Positions 46,844 through 59,955 of a stretch of 64,000 bases of DNA are shown in pieces; position 1 is the stretch's first letter; the number at the start of each line of letters is the position of its first letter. This DNA comes from Antechinus flavipes. Taxonomy: Eukaryota. The notes beneath the pieces are model-generated. The model did not search any database. It worked only from the letters and a program-made list of their open reading frames with translations, and was not told where the DNA came from. Where the stretch lies: positions 631,284,001-631,348,000 of the forward strand of contig NC_067400.1 in NCBI RefSeq assembly GCF_016432865.1, in the 5' to 3' direction. The translations under genes and the position numbers were made by a program.

Positions 46844-48008
46844 TTCTGTGTTTCAGTCTCATCTACAAGGACTCTATCCTCAGGATTTTACCTAGGCAGG
46901 AAGTGGTGAGAAAATGTGTGTAGATTGATTGTATGTTGCAGAGAGAAAAAACTCTGAAACAGGGATTGGAATTTTTCTCTTCAAAATCTGACCTATTGGA
47001 TAGTTGGTTCTTTTGCACCTTGAAGTCTAGTTTAGTTGTCTTTCCTTTCTCTGTTCAAAGCTCTGAAATCCCCGACTTTTATCTTTTCCCATTCTACATT
47101 TATTTTCTGTCATTTGTTATACTGTTGATCCTCCTTTATGTCACCTTATTGCATATATAAATCCATATATCCTATGAGACACCAAGAGAAAAATGAAAAG
47201 TTATATTACATAAATGAAGTGTCTGAACCACCACAATCTTTTTCTTGCGTATCTATAAATTACTGTTGGTCTTATATACTATGATCTGATCAGTGCCTTT
47301 TGGAAGGCTGTGGGAATGACTGGATAGGAAAGATCATTAATTTCTCATTGGAGTGAACAGAGTATTGAACTTGTGGTCCAGAGTTCACTTGCTAGCTCAC
47401 TCTGTCCCAGTTTCCTGATTCGCAAAATTCGCAAAACAAAACAAAACAAAACCAAAACCAAAACCAAAAAAACCCCACTAAGTTCCTTTTTAAGTCTATG
47501 TCAACCATAGTATAATCCAATTATTACATAATTGCCTACATTTAATAGCAATTACTATTCAACTAAGTAATTTTGTTATAAACTAAAGAGCAGACCAGAG
47601 AAAAAAGAACAGTTTCTCTATAGAATTTATGAACTTGTCATAATAAAGTTTGTTGGAGGATATTTTATACAAACAGCCTAGATATTGGGCATAGTGAAAA
47701 TGAGGATTATACATCTCAAGTTCTATATCCATAAGTAATGAGGGTACCACAGAACCCTGCAGACTGTAATTACCTAGTGGGGGGTGAGAATGGAGGCTAA
47801 AAAGTACAAGATAAACTCTAAGTCTAACAAAATTCCAGATGACATGGCTATCCACTAAAATGGTTTGGCAGATATTTTTTTATACAAGAAAAGTTTCCAT
47901 CCCTGATGTGTGTCATTGATATTTCAGTTTTTAACTTCTTAAGGACTAGCTACATGTGTGTGATCAGAATGTTCATCTTTATTTTTTCCCCTTTAGTCCT
48001 AAGAATTA

Positions 48009-48853
48009 TTTTTTTTTTATTTTTTTAAATTTTTTATTTAATAATTACATTATATTAACACTCATTTCTGTTCCGATTTTTTTTTCCCCTCCCTCCCTCC
48101 ACCCCCTCCCTAGATGGCAAGCAGTCCTTTATATGTTGGATATGTTGCAGTATATCCTAGATACAATATATGTTTGCAGAACCGAACAGTTCTCTTGTTG
48201 CGTAGGGAGAATTGGATTCAGAAGGTATAAATAATCCGGGAAGAAAAACAAAAATGCAGATAGTTCACATTCGTTTCCCGGTGTTCTTTCTTTGGGTGTA
48301 GCTGCTTTTGTCCGTCATTTATCAATTGAAACTCAGGTCTCTTTGTCAAAGAAATCCACTTCCATCAAAATATGTCCTCATACAATATCGTTGTCGAAGT
48401 GTATAATGATCTCCTGGTTCTGCTCATTTCACTTAGCATCAGTTCATGTAGGTCTCTCCAAGCCTCTCTGTATTCATCCTGCTGGTCATTTCTTACAGAA
48501 CAATAATATTCCATAACATTCATATACCACAATTTACCCAGCCATTCTCCAATTGATGGGCATCCATTCATTTTCCAGTTTCTAGCCACTACAAACAGGG
48601 CTGCTACAAACATTTTGGCACATACAGGTCCCTTTCCCTTCTTTAGTATTTCTTTGGGATATAAGCCAATAGAAACACTGCTGGATCAAAGGATATGCAC
48701 ATTTTGATAATTTTTTGGGCATAATTCCAGATTGCTCTCCAGAATGGTTGGATTCGTTCACAACTCCACCAACAATGCATTAGTGTCCCAGTTTTCCCGC
48801 ATCCCCTCCAACATTCATCATTATTTTTTCCTGTCATCTTAGCCAATCTGACA
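48009..48853 (-). mobile_element. Young 5'-truncated L1 (845 bp)
   Basis: Perfect 15-bp TSD TAGTCCTAAGAATTA (47994-48008 / 48854-48868), poly-T, open ORF2 C-terminal peptides, many intact CpGs. Confidence 0.95.
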
Positions 48854-49362
48854 TAGTCCTAAGAATTAGAACATTATAAGACACTACTCAATTTGGGACA
48901 GTTCTGGCAAATCATTAATTTTTTGTATCTGCTTATTGAGTTGTTCCTTTTATTATTTAGTTTTTCTCTTCTGTTTAACTTGCTTTCATTGGGCTACAGG
49001 AATGAAAAGAAAACCTATGTCTTCATGGCCTTCCCTATATTACCTCATAATTTTTGGTAACCTTTCTCAGGGCCTTCTGGCAATGCCATTTGTACCAAAG
49101 TGAGTCATTAGAAATAAGTAGTGATCATCCAGTTTGATAAGCCTTGGTTATTACCTGGCTATGTGCCTCAGGAAGATAATAAATACATTTTCTATTATTG
49201 AAAGACTGAGAAATAACTGTCTTTATACCCCCTGAGAAAGGATGCATGATCTAAAACTATTCTTCCATTTTGCCTTGACTCTCGCAGCATGATTTGTCAT
49301 CTACTGACTTCTCTGGAAGAGAGAGACTTGGATAGCAGAATAAAAGAGGTCCAGGTGGGAAG

Positions 49363-49618
49363 GAAACAAGCATTTATTTATTAAGTACCCACTATGTGCT
49401 GAAAATGTGCCAAGTGTTTTACTGATATTGCCACTTTATTCTCACAACAATTCTGAAAGGTAGATACTATTATGTCTCTATTTTACATTGAGAAAACTTA
49501 GGCAAGCAGTGACTTTCCAAGGATCACACAGCTAATAAATATTTGAAATCAGATTTGAATTGAGGACTTCCTAACTTCTGTTCCATTTCACCATCTATTC
49601 CATCACCTAATTGCCTCT
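49363..49618 (-). mobile_element. MIR-type SINE
   Basis: aagcatttatttattaagtacccactatgtgc...ttttacattgagaaaacttagg...gatttgaattgaggacttcc. Confidence 0.7.
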
Positions 49619-49639
49619 AAGGGAAAAGGATAATAGTCC

Positions 49640-50830
49640 ACTCAAGAACATTTCCATGAAACCATGCCCAAAGAATTATAAACTGTGTATACCCTTTAGT
49701 CCAGTAATACCACTGCTAGGTCTATATCCCAAAAAGGCCTAAAAAGGGAAAGGATCTAAATGTACAAAAATATTTATAACAGCTTTTTTTGTGGTGGCAA
49801 AGAATTGGAAATTGGTAGGATGCTTATCAATTGAAGAATGGTTGAATAAGTTGTGGTATATTATGGTTATTGAATATTATTGTCCTATAAGAAATGATAA
49901 GCAGTATAATTTCAAGGAAACCTAGAAAGACTTACTGACCTGATAAAAAGTGAGCTGAAATAGGAAAACATTTTATACAATAACAGCAATATTATACAAT
50001 GAAAAACTCTGAATGACTTAACTATTCTTAATCATCACACAATGATCCAAAGAAACCCGAAGGATCAAATGATGAAACATGCTATCTACCTCCAGAAAAA
50101 GAATTGATATAGTCTGAATAGAGACTGAAGCATACTATTTTTCACTTTCTTACTTCTTTCCTTCTTTTCTTCCTTTTTTTTTTTTTGAGTCTTCTTGCAA
50201 AAAAATTTTACTAATATGGAAATGGTGTATGTAATTACACTCATGTAACTTGTATCAGATTGCTAATCATCTCAATGGGGTATGGGGGGAAAAAAGGAAA
50301 AAGAGATAGGATTTGAAACAAATGTTTTTAGTGTTAAAAATGTGTTTCTACATGTAGTTGAGCTAAAAACTAAATTTTTTAAAAGAACTTTTTCATCAGA
50401 AAAGAGACATATGTTTGTAGTATATGATATGGGTGTTATAAGTGTTCCCAAGGCATGCTACAGCACAGGATAATCAAAATAAGTATTAGAAGAGCATATA
50501 AACTCATCCTTTACAGATCATAATATGATAAAAATGGAAAAAACACATCTGAAAAAAAAACTTAAACCTATGTAGAAAGAACCCGAATGATAACTGGGCG
50601 AAAGAAGAAAGCACAGAAACAATAATTATGTATAAGAAGTTGAAAGGAATCATACAACTTACACAAATTTCCCAGATGCAGCTAAATCATTCTTCAGAGG
50701 AAAAGTGCCATCTTTGAAAATATACATTAAGAAAATGGAAAATGTGTGACAGAGAACTTAAAATACAGTTGTAAAATCAGCAGGAACACAAATAAATCCA
50801 CTAAAATAAACAACAAAAGGGCATCTTGAA
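49640..50830 (+). mobile_element. Old L1 3' end and EN fragments
   Basis: catgcccaaagaattataaactgtgtataccctt...ggttgaataagttgtggtata. Confidence 0.7.
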
Positions 50831-51764
50831 CATTAAAGAAAGTATACGTGAAAGATCACAGAAGGACCCCGTTGAATTGTGTTCCTTCTAACATTCTAGA
50901 CTTTGCCCATCAACCTCAGTTGCCTTCTCACTTTTGAATATCCCTTTATCTCTATGGCTCCTGACTTCCAATGGTAAATTTCTCCCAGAATATCACTTTT
51001 CTTTTTATATTTTTGGAGGTATTCCTCTATTACCTTTCTGTTTTCCATTTTGTTAGACTATGTTTGTGTATAATTTGTTTTAATCTTTTTTTTTCTTTTG
51101 GTTTTACTGTGCTTTTATCTTGTTCATTTGCTATTTTATTAAGTTGATTTTCTGCTCTTTTTAATCAAATTGTGTTTATCAATTTTATTAGTCTTTTCAA
51201 AAGAAAAGATTTTAGTTTTTTCAGTTTATGGAAGGGGTTCCAAATTATCTATCTCACCTCTAATTTTTTCATATTTCCTCTTTTATGCTTATTTTAGATT
51301 TGTCTTTGAATTTTTAAAAGCATATTCAATTATTGATCTTCTCTTTTTCCATTTTGTTAATGCGTTATTGTATGAATATTCTTTTGACACATTTACCTGC
51401 ATCCCAGAAATTTTTGTGTGTGTATTATTTGAGTTTTGATCCATCCATAATTTAAGATTTCATTGTTAAGTCTCCTTTTAGATCTGTATCTTTTCTTTTT
51501 CATTCTGGGAATAATTTCTATTCTGAATATATTATGATTTGTATAGCATATACTATTTCTTCCATCTTACATTATTTTTACAATATCACTATGCTCTAGT
51601 ATAGAGTCAGTTTTTGTAAAAGTTTCGTATGGCACAGAATATGAACCTTCCTTTGCAGTACTATTGAGTAAATGCTAAGAGTTTTTTTAAAATTTTAATT
51701 TCTCCAGAAATTGGTTCATTTCCATACGTTCCCTTTTGTCTATCTTCTGATATCTGTAAGCAAA

Positions 51765-52395
51765 ATTAATTGGTTCTTGTGCTTCATTCTCAAAGAGGAC
51801 CAAAATGACATCATTATGTTGGGGTCAAGGTACAGTGTGTCCAACTATTGCTGAGAAGACAAAAACAGGCTCAAAAAATGACATAAATGTTGGGCACAAA
51901 TACTCCATATCATCATTGGAGTAGAAATGTCTCTAAATTTGCATATTTTACATTTCTTTTGAGTGCCTGCAATTCTGCTTTGTTCATAGAGCACAGTGCC
52001 CTCTTTGACATGAGCATGCCATGTTTGGCAATCCTGTGTCATTGTCTCCTATGATTCACGATTGATTCTGAAGTTCTTCAGAGACTCCTTAAGACTGTCT
52101 TTGTATTACTTCTGATCTCTGAGTGAGTGCTTGTCTTGTGTGAATTCTCCATAAAACAGTCTTTTAGGCATTCAAACAGCACGGACAGCCCTTGTGATTT
52201 TTGTAGTAGAGACTGAATACTTGGCAGGCCAGCTTCAAAAAGGACCTCAGTGTCCAGTTCCTTATATTGCCATTTTAATCTTCAGAATCTTCAGGCAATT
52301 CAGGTGATTCAGTTTCTTGGCATAGTGTTGATAGAGAGTCCAGGTTTCACAGGTGTATAAAGAGGTCAGCCCACTAGCTCTGTAAGCAGTCTAAT
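51765..52395 (-). mobile_element. RTE LINE 3' fragment
   Basis: cttcattctcaaagaggaccaaaatgacatc...agagcacagtgccctctttga...gagagtccaggtttcacagg. Confidence 0.75.
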
Positions 52396-54749
52396 ACCTC
52401 TTGTCTCCCACACTTTTCCTTCAGAGCCTCCCAAATACTGAGCTACCTTTTATTAAATTCTCCTGGCCCTATTGCATTATTGCCTATGTCTTCTTGAAGG
52501 GCAGTTATGAATTTAAATGCTAAGGCATTTGGAGCATATACATTTATTGCTGATAATGATTTTTCATCGATAGTTCCATTCAGTATAATAGTTTCCTTGC
52601 TTATTTATTTGTTGAATGTTTACATTTGTTTTTTCTGATAGCATGATGGCAATCTAATTTTTTTTTAATTCACTTGATGCATAGAAATTTTTTTTAATCT
52701 TTTCAGTTTTACTTTATGTCTTTGTTGTTTAAATATGCTTCCTGTAAGGATCAGATTGTAGGGTTTTATTTTCTTATACAATCTGTCATTCTTTTTCATT
52801 TTATTGGATTATTTAATCCATTCACATTTCAAGTTATAAGAATTTCCTCTAGCTGAAACTAAATTGGGGAATGAAGGAAGAAGATATCAAACTATTATGT
52901 TTCTCTCTTCTGTTGAAAAGCAGTATTAAGTTCCTTTGGTTACTTTAATCTTTTTTTTTTTTTTTTTTTTTATGGATGACCTGTTCCCAGTGACTCTCTT
53001 CCTCTCACTTTAGATTCTTCTCATTTGTTAGCCCTTTTCCTTTAGAGTTTAATATATTATTTTCTCTCTCTTAGTTATATATTTCTTCCCCTTCTTTTTC
53101 CTCCTCAGTCAAGTAGATTTCCTCTTCCTCTTTTCCCATTTAGCTAGTGCAGCTCATTAGTTTCATATTAATTTTACTTTTGGCATGTCTCTTACTCTTA
53201 TCATCTTTTATCTTCTTTTTCTATACCTCTGATCTAAATTCTCTCCTGTTGACATTTTTTTCCTACCCTTTCCTGAAAATGTCCTTCATCTGTCCATGCT
53301 CTCCCACTCTTCTGGTTCCAATTACTTCCAAAGATTCCAAGTACCCCCTCCCAGAAGGAATGTATTTCTCAAGTACCTGCAGGCTCATCCAATTTAAGGA
53401 GCTCATTTCCTTTTATCCATTGTAGTGTCTATCAATGGAACCCCCTCCAACCTCCAAAGTAAAGTCTCTCACCTTTCTTCCCTTTCTAATCTTTTCCTCT
53501 TCCTTATCTAAACCTACTTCTGTGTATGCTCTTCTCTTTCTGAGAAACCATTTATATTTGTTCTCCTCATTTCTAGCCCTAGATTTCATTAGGGCATATT
53601 ATTTGCACCTCTCTATCCTTCTGCTTCTCTTCCCTTTTATGTACTACTCCAAATGGTAACAGTGACACAAAAGAAGTATTCATCTGTAGATAGGGTTCTC
53701 TAAGTTCTGTCATAATTCTCCTATTCAGCCCTTCACTGTTACCCTCTCCTTGTATATAAATTGAAAGACATCTTTGTTGCTATTGCTGTCTTTACCTGCT
53801 CCTTTACTATTTCCTCCTGCATTGCTGTTGTTTAATACATTCAAGATACAAACAATCTCTTTTATTTTTGTTTTCTTTTCAAACTTTTCTTTATTTTTAA
53901 ACATCCATGCTTGGTTCTACATGGTTAAACTGAGACTTGCAGGATAGTCACCATAGCTTGTATTCTGAGTTCCACTGCTCTTTACATTTTATTCCTTTTT
54001 CTCTTTGTCTTATTGGGAGCAGAATAGTTTTGCATTATTCAAATATGCTTTCCTTTGTATATGAATTTCTTTCTCCTGATAACTTGAAGAATTTGATGTT
54101 TTTGAACTGAATTGTTAAGTTTTTAAACATATATTTTTTCCAGCCACTTGTAAAAATACTTTTTAAGATTTGGGTCTTCTAAATTTTGAGTTACAAATTT
54201 TCTCTTTGTGTCCCTTTTTTTCTCTCTTCTTGAGAGGGCAAGAATTTGATGTACATTATACATGGGCACTCAAGCAAAACATTTCTATATTAGTCATACT
54301 GCCAAGGGAAATGCTGAACAGTTCAACAACAACAACAACAAAAACAAAGAAAATTTTAAAAATATTCTTCAATCTTTATTCAGATTCCATCAAATTTTTC
54401 TGGAGCGGTATAACATTTCTCAACATAAGTCCTTTGGAATTATCTTGGATCAGTACAGTCTTGAGATAAGCTATCAATCACAGTTGATCATCATCCACTA
54501 TTCCTGTCATTGTATACAGTGCTTCTTTGTACTTCACTTTGCATTAAATCATGGAAATCTTTCAAGATTTTTCCGATATCATCCTACTCACTATTTCTGA
54601 GCAGCACAATAGTATCCCACACAAACTACATGTTCAACTTTTTCCCAATTGATGGGCATCCCCACAATTTCCATTTTTTTTGCTATCACAAAATGAGGTG
54701 TTCTATTTTTGTAAAATGGGTCCTTTTCTTTTTTTTTTAATCTCTTTGG

Positions 54750-55450
54750 GGTTGGTTGGTTACTGTTCTTCACTCTTGAAGAAGACCAAAATACATCATT
54801 ATGTTAAAGTGTACTTGCTGAGTGGCTGATCAAACTAATATGAGCTTAGAGTGCTCTGCCAGAGGTTGGATACAAATAGTCCTTATAAAACATTTCAGTT
54901 GGATTCCCTAACCTTCTGTATCTCACATTTCTTCTGAACTAATTCAATTTTGCTATAAATGTGCACACATTCCATGTACCAATGGATAACAGGATGTTCT
55001 GGTACATTTTTTATTGTTTTGACCACAGAGTGGGATTCCCATTTGCTATAATAATTAGGCCAGGGTTGAGTAAGCGGATAATTATAGGGCATCTTTTACT
55101 GCCCCTTCCTCACATCTAGAGGTGATCAGTGTAGTCCTCCTAAAGCTGTTCAAATGGCCAGGGGGCTACAGAATCCCACTGCTGCTTCCAGTGACAAGAT
55201 GACCTTATGGCCTTGGCCACCTCTGTGCAGGGTTGTGACTACAGCTCTCAGTGTATTCATACCTTCTTCTTCATACTCCCCCTCCAGGCTCTCAGAGCTC
55301 TTATGGAGAGACCCACCCACTGAGAGGAGCTTATCAGTAGCATCTGTGGTCCTCAGAGAGAGAGCTACTGTTGTGGGTGGGACAGAGTGAATCCAAGAAA
55401 ACAAGGCAGGTGGGGAAAGAACAACACTGGAGAGTGCTTTCAGTGAGCCC
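54750..55450 (-). mobile_element. RTE element with large internal deletion (3' end joined to EN start / 5' UTR)
   Basis: The 3' part matches 51775-51950 and the 5' part (gcacacattccatgt, accacagagtgggattc, ttgtgactaca) matches 42020-42330. Confidence 0.7.
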
Positions 55451-56289
55451 GGGCACTTCTTTTACCCCACTCAGTTTCTTTTTTGTTCCTTCTCTTTGTT
55501 ATATAGACCTAGTAAGTGATGTTGCTATGTCGAGGGAATGAAGAGGTAAACAGTTACTTTTAAAAAGTAGATTTTGATTGGACAGAATGGGCCCCAGCTG
55601 GGTGCTGGGCTATGCTCCTTCCAATTGATTTAGTGTAATATTGCACACCTCTCCACACCACATGCAAGTATTCTTTCCTGCTGATCTGTCCCATTCCCTC
55701 TGTTCCTCAATTCTTTAGTCCTGCCCCAATATCTTTTGTTCACCAGCACTGACAGTTCAGTGCTTTGCTGTGCTGAAGGAAACTCTTGCACTTGCAGGGC
55801 TGTGGCCACGCTGGCTGCTGAAGGTCAAGAATACTTCCACAGTGTGTCCAAGGACTGGAAAGGGGAAGGAGTACCAGGTTTAAGAGTGGTGTAGTTTTTA
55901 TAAGTCCATGTTTTATCCTTTGGTCTGCTACTGCAATTTCATTGCCTTTAGTGTTGAAGTGGCGGGGTGGGGAGTGGGGGATGCCGAATGGAATCAGGGT
56001 CAATGAACATCATTTCCTAGGTTCTGGGGATATTTTAAACCTTCTTTTGGATTCTGTATGTTCTGTACCTTAGGAATACTTTTAGTTGTTTTACCTCTGA
56101 TGCACAATTTCTGTTTTGAAAAGTTTCAACGAGGATTAGGGGAAAAGTCTAGTCTATTATCTTGCTGCTCATATGACCTGGTCAGAACTTCCATTTACAA
56201 GAAGCATCCAGTCCAACATCTTTCATCCACTTCTGGTTTCACTCTGATTCTCCAGATTTTGCTGCCATGACCCCACAGAGGGACCTTCC

Positions 56290-56450
56290 CCCTACTTTGT
56301 TAGCTCCCTTGTACATATGTTTCCCTTCATGGAATGTAAACTCTTTGCGATCAAGGGTTAATTTTCTTTTTGCTTATATTTACAGCCCCCATATTTGACA
56401 CAGGGTCTGGCACATAATAAGTGCTTAATGAATGTTTTTTGACTTGATTT
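56290..56450 (+). mobile_element. L2 3' end
   Basis: ggaatgtaaactctttg...tctggcacataataagtgcttaatgaatgttttttgacttga. Confidence 0.7.
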
Positions 56451-56459
56451 AATAAAACT

Positions 56460-57560
56460 CAAATTCATCTATATGAAAAGACAAATGAAAACAGTAAAAC
56501 TTCTGCTAACTTGATCAAAAAAGAAAATAGATAAAAATCAAATTATCACATGAAAGAAATGAACAAGGTGAAGCCAATATAGAGAAGAAAAAATAATGAT
56601 CAGCATCTACTACAGAAGTATTAAACTGAGAACAGAGAATAGGTAAATAGAGGCTTATCTGTGAAAATAAAAAAAAATTAATTAAGAGAAAGTGAAATAT
56701 AGATCACAGATAATCAAACAATAAAATATGATGATGCACTATGAAGTATAAGATTGAGGTATGAAGGAAGAAATTATCAAAGAAGAAAAGACTGTCTAGA
56801 TAATTTATTGGCAAGTTAAAATGTGTGTGCTACAAAAGAACTATTTTCAAAATTTGATAACGAAAATGTTTTACAAAATATCTTTCACCAAAAATTGGGT
56901 TTCTAATATATGTCAGGAAAGGATAAAACAAAGAGATAGAACTATAGAACAATATAACTAAGCAATATTAGTATAAAAATCTATAAGCAACTCCTAGCAA
57001 AAAGACTGCAGTTATATGCTCAAAAATTATTTACTATGGCCAAGTTAGATTTATACTGAAGTAGCAAAAATGCTTCAGTGTCATAAAAGTAATTGATATG
57101 ATTACTATTATTTGAAAAAATACCCCATATGATGTGATTATATATTAAAAAAGAAAGGAACTGCCTTTAGCAATCAACAATGCTTTTTTAAAAAAGCCTT
57201 CAAAGTGCAGGTTTATTAAAAGAGCCATCGTAATAATAATAAAAAATAATGTTTAAAATCCAAACCTAGCATTATTTTCTAGCAAAAACATTAATGGAGT
57301 TTTTTTTTTAAAGAATGTTCTTTTTGTCTACTCTTATTTAATGGGATTCTAGAAGTGCTTATAGCAAAAGGAGGAAAATTAGAAATTAAGAACACCAGTA
57401 AAGGCAGAGCGAAGACAAATTCTCCTTATTTGCTGATGATGTGAAAATTTACTTGGATAATTCCAGATAATTAACAAAGAAACTAGTTAAGACAATAACT
57501 ATAATGTAGGAGCTGGATCCAAAATGAGTTCTTAAGATCTTTCTGGAATAAGACACTAAC
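56460..57560 (+). mobile_element. Old L1 ORF2 fragments
   Basis: ttatttgctgatgatgtgaaaatttacttggat (LFADDVKIYLD) near 57430. Confidence 0.7.
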
Positions 57561-57815
57561 AATTTTTCTGCAGTTTGTGCTCAAGACAACTGCTCTTTTA
57601 TCTATGCTTCTGGTTGTCCAGACTTCCCCACCATGTTCCAGAGAAGATATGCCCTCAAAACTCTAGCCAGGTCCCACCACTTCTAGATTTGCCATTATTC
57701 AGGAAGCATACTGATTGGATGCAGTGTCCAGAGAATGTTGCCACCATATACACAATTCATGCCTATTTCCTAGCCCTTCATATGTGCTCATTAGTTCTGT
57801 GTTCATATGTTCTCT

Positions 57816-57822
<7 letters not shown>

Positions 57823-57850
<28 letters not shown>
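57823..57850. repeat. (TG)14 microsatellite
   Basis: Read directly. Confidence 0.95.
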
Positions 57851-57852
<2 letters not shown>

Positions 57853-57991
57853 ATCTCCCTTAATATAAACTTTGAAAGCATATACTCAGTGAATCCAATG
57901 GGGCATGCATGTGGAGAGAGCCAGAAATCTTTTCTTGGCAATTAATTTTTTATGCCATTGGATATAATATCTTTTCAAAAGCTGCTCTTTT

Positions 57992-58071
57992 GGGGCAGCT
58001 AGGTGGGGCAGTGGATAGAGCACTATTACTGAAGTCAGGAGGACCTGAGTTCAAATCTAGTCTCAGACACT
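57992..58071 (+). mobile_element. WSINE1-type SINE running into a gap
   Basis: ggggcagctaggtggggcagtggatagagc...gagttcaaatctagtctcagacact. Confidence 0.85.
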
Positions 58072-58218
58072 NNNNNNNNNNNNNNNNNNNNNNNNNNNNN
58101 NNNNNNNNNNNNNNNNNNNNNNNNNNNNNNNNNNNNNNNNNNNNNNNNNNNNNNNNNNNNNNNNNNNNNNNNNNNNNNNNNNNNNNNNNNNNNNNNNNNN
58201 NNNNNNNNNNNNNNNNNN
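58072..58218. other. Assembly gap (147 N)
   Basis: Run of N. Confidence 1.
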
Positions 58219-59025
58219 ATTGAGGTAAAAGTAACCACTCTAGTGGAAGCTAACAAGCCATGTTTTGTGTGGGTACTGACATCTACTGCACCCACTCCCA
58301 ATCCCAGTACTTTGAATCTTTAGTAGCATTAGATGGGGAAACATATATAAGAAGGGATTCCACAGGTGCTATACATTTTTTGTCTTACATTTCAATTTTT
58401 TAATTCAGCCCAGTGTTCTGTTGAACTCTTTTAAAATTCATTGGATTGAATTTAATAAAATGAAATTAAATATAAAGTCTTAGACCTGGGATCTAAAACT
58501 ATATTATATTAATATGGGAGGGAGGCATGAAACAAGTGTGTCTAGAAAGAAAGGATTGTGTCTAGAAAACAGTTTTGGGGTATTATGGATTGTAAGTTAA
58601 AAAAAAATGGCAGGGTAATAGATCAGCCAAAACTAGTTGAAAAAAAAAATCAAGTAGGAATTTTGATCAAGTCAGAACAGCTAACAAGCAACAAGACAAG
58701 TTTCTGTAATTGAACTCAGAGAGAATAGAAAACAAAGCCTGGAAGAAAACGTTGATTTGTGCTATAAATAGAGACCATGAAAGCTGAGTCTACTAATTTT
58801 AGCTAAAGAAGAAATTATTCCTGAATCCAATAATGTGTCGATGACAGAAGGTATCCTTAAGTCACACAAAGTCAATGCAGAAAAATCACTGACTTCGTCT
58901 ATGTCATGAAAGGAGTCATGTTATGATTTCTCTGCAGGAGGGAATAAGATTGCATAAAGTCCTTGTGTCTCTTTCCAGGGCCCTCAGGCTCAGGCTGAAA
59001 TTCTTCATCTCACCACACCAAGAAC

Positions 59026-59955
59026 ATGATTCCTATGGACATACTCCTGAGTATTGCCTTCTTCTCCCAGATCGGAATTGGGGTTCAGGGAAACTTCTTC
59101 CTGCTTTATCTCTTCAGCTTCTTGTTCTTCACTGGTCAGAGACTGAGGCCCATAGATCTAATTCTTACCCAGCTGGCTTTAGCCAACTCCTTGGTGCTTC
59201 TCTCAAAGGGATTCTTTCAGGGATTGGCAGCTTTGGATCTGAAAAATTTACTGGATGACATTGGTTGTAAAATTGTCTTTTATCTTCACAGAGTAGGTCG
59301 GGAGCTTTCCCTCTGCATAACCTGTCTTCTGAGTGGTTTTCAGGCCATCATCATCAGTCCTCAGAACTCTAGGTTCATGAAGCTTAAAACCAGAGGCCCA
59401 AGATACATTATCCCCTCTATTCTCTTCTGCTGGGTTTTCTCCATGCTGCAAAATATTAGTATTCTTCAGAATCTTGAAGGACCAAGGAGCACCACAAATA
59501 CCTCAGAAACAAAAGCATATTGGTATTGTTCTGTTAATTCTGCTACAGATATTAGTCCCTCACTCCATGCAGTTGTATTCTCCCTGCCTGATGCTGTGTG
59601 TATGACCTTCATCAGCTTTATTAGTGGCTACAAGGTTTATCTCTTGTACATGCATCACGAGAGAGTCCAGCAGTTTCATTCTGACAGATTTCTCCCTAGA
59701 GCCTCCCCAGAGACCAGAGCCACCCAGATGATTCTCTTGTTAGTAATCATCTTTGTCACTTTTTACTTACTCAATTCTATCTTGACTGCATGTATGCATT
59801 CAATGACCCCTAGGCCCTGGCTGTGGCATAGCTCTGCCTTCTTGGCTTCTTGTTTTCCAGTGGTTAGCCCCTTTATGCTGATCAGCAGTGACTCGCAAAT
59901 CCTGAAGTACTACAAGGCTGTCCATGGAGGAAAAAGTCATCATCCTGGAAAGTAA
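59026..59955 (+). CDS. Vomeronasal type-1 receptor (V1R/VN1R family), intact, 309 aa, single coding exon
   Basis: 7TM pattern with family motifs GNFFLL, RPIDLILTQLALAN, CKIVFYLHRV, LLSGFQAIIISP, SPETRATQMILLL and CFPVVSPF. Acceptors at 58937 and 58978 upstream of the ATG. Confidence 0.95.
   Translation: MIPMDILLSIAFFSQIGIGVQGNFFLLYLFSFLFFTGQRLRPIDLILTQLALANSLVLLSKGFFQGLAALDLKNLLDDIGCKIVFYLHRVGRELSLCITCLLSGFQAIIISPQNSRFMKLKTRGPRYIIPSILFCWVFSMLQNISILQNLEGPRSTTNTSETKAYWYCSVNSATDISPSLHAVVFSLPDAVCMTFISFISGYKVYLLYMHHERVQQFHSDRFLPRASPETRATQMILLLVIIFVTFYLLNSILTACMHSMTPRPWLWHSSAFLASCFPVVSPFMLISSDSQILKYYKAVHGGKSHHPGK

Larger units (their letters stand above)
50960..56210 (-). mobile_element. Very old L1/HAL1-like element (5' UTR, ORF1, EN), interrupted by RTE insertions
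   Basis: T-rich antisense ORF2-EN/ORF1 sequence and a 5' UTR-like segment at 55.5-56.2 kb. Boundaries poorly defined. Confidence 0.5.

Noticed and set aside
58923-59258. 111-aa ORF overlapping the V1R start
   Set aside because: Its ATG lies upstream of both splice acceptors (intronic) and the peptide has no recognisable features
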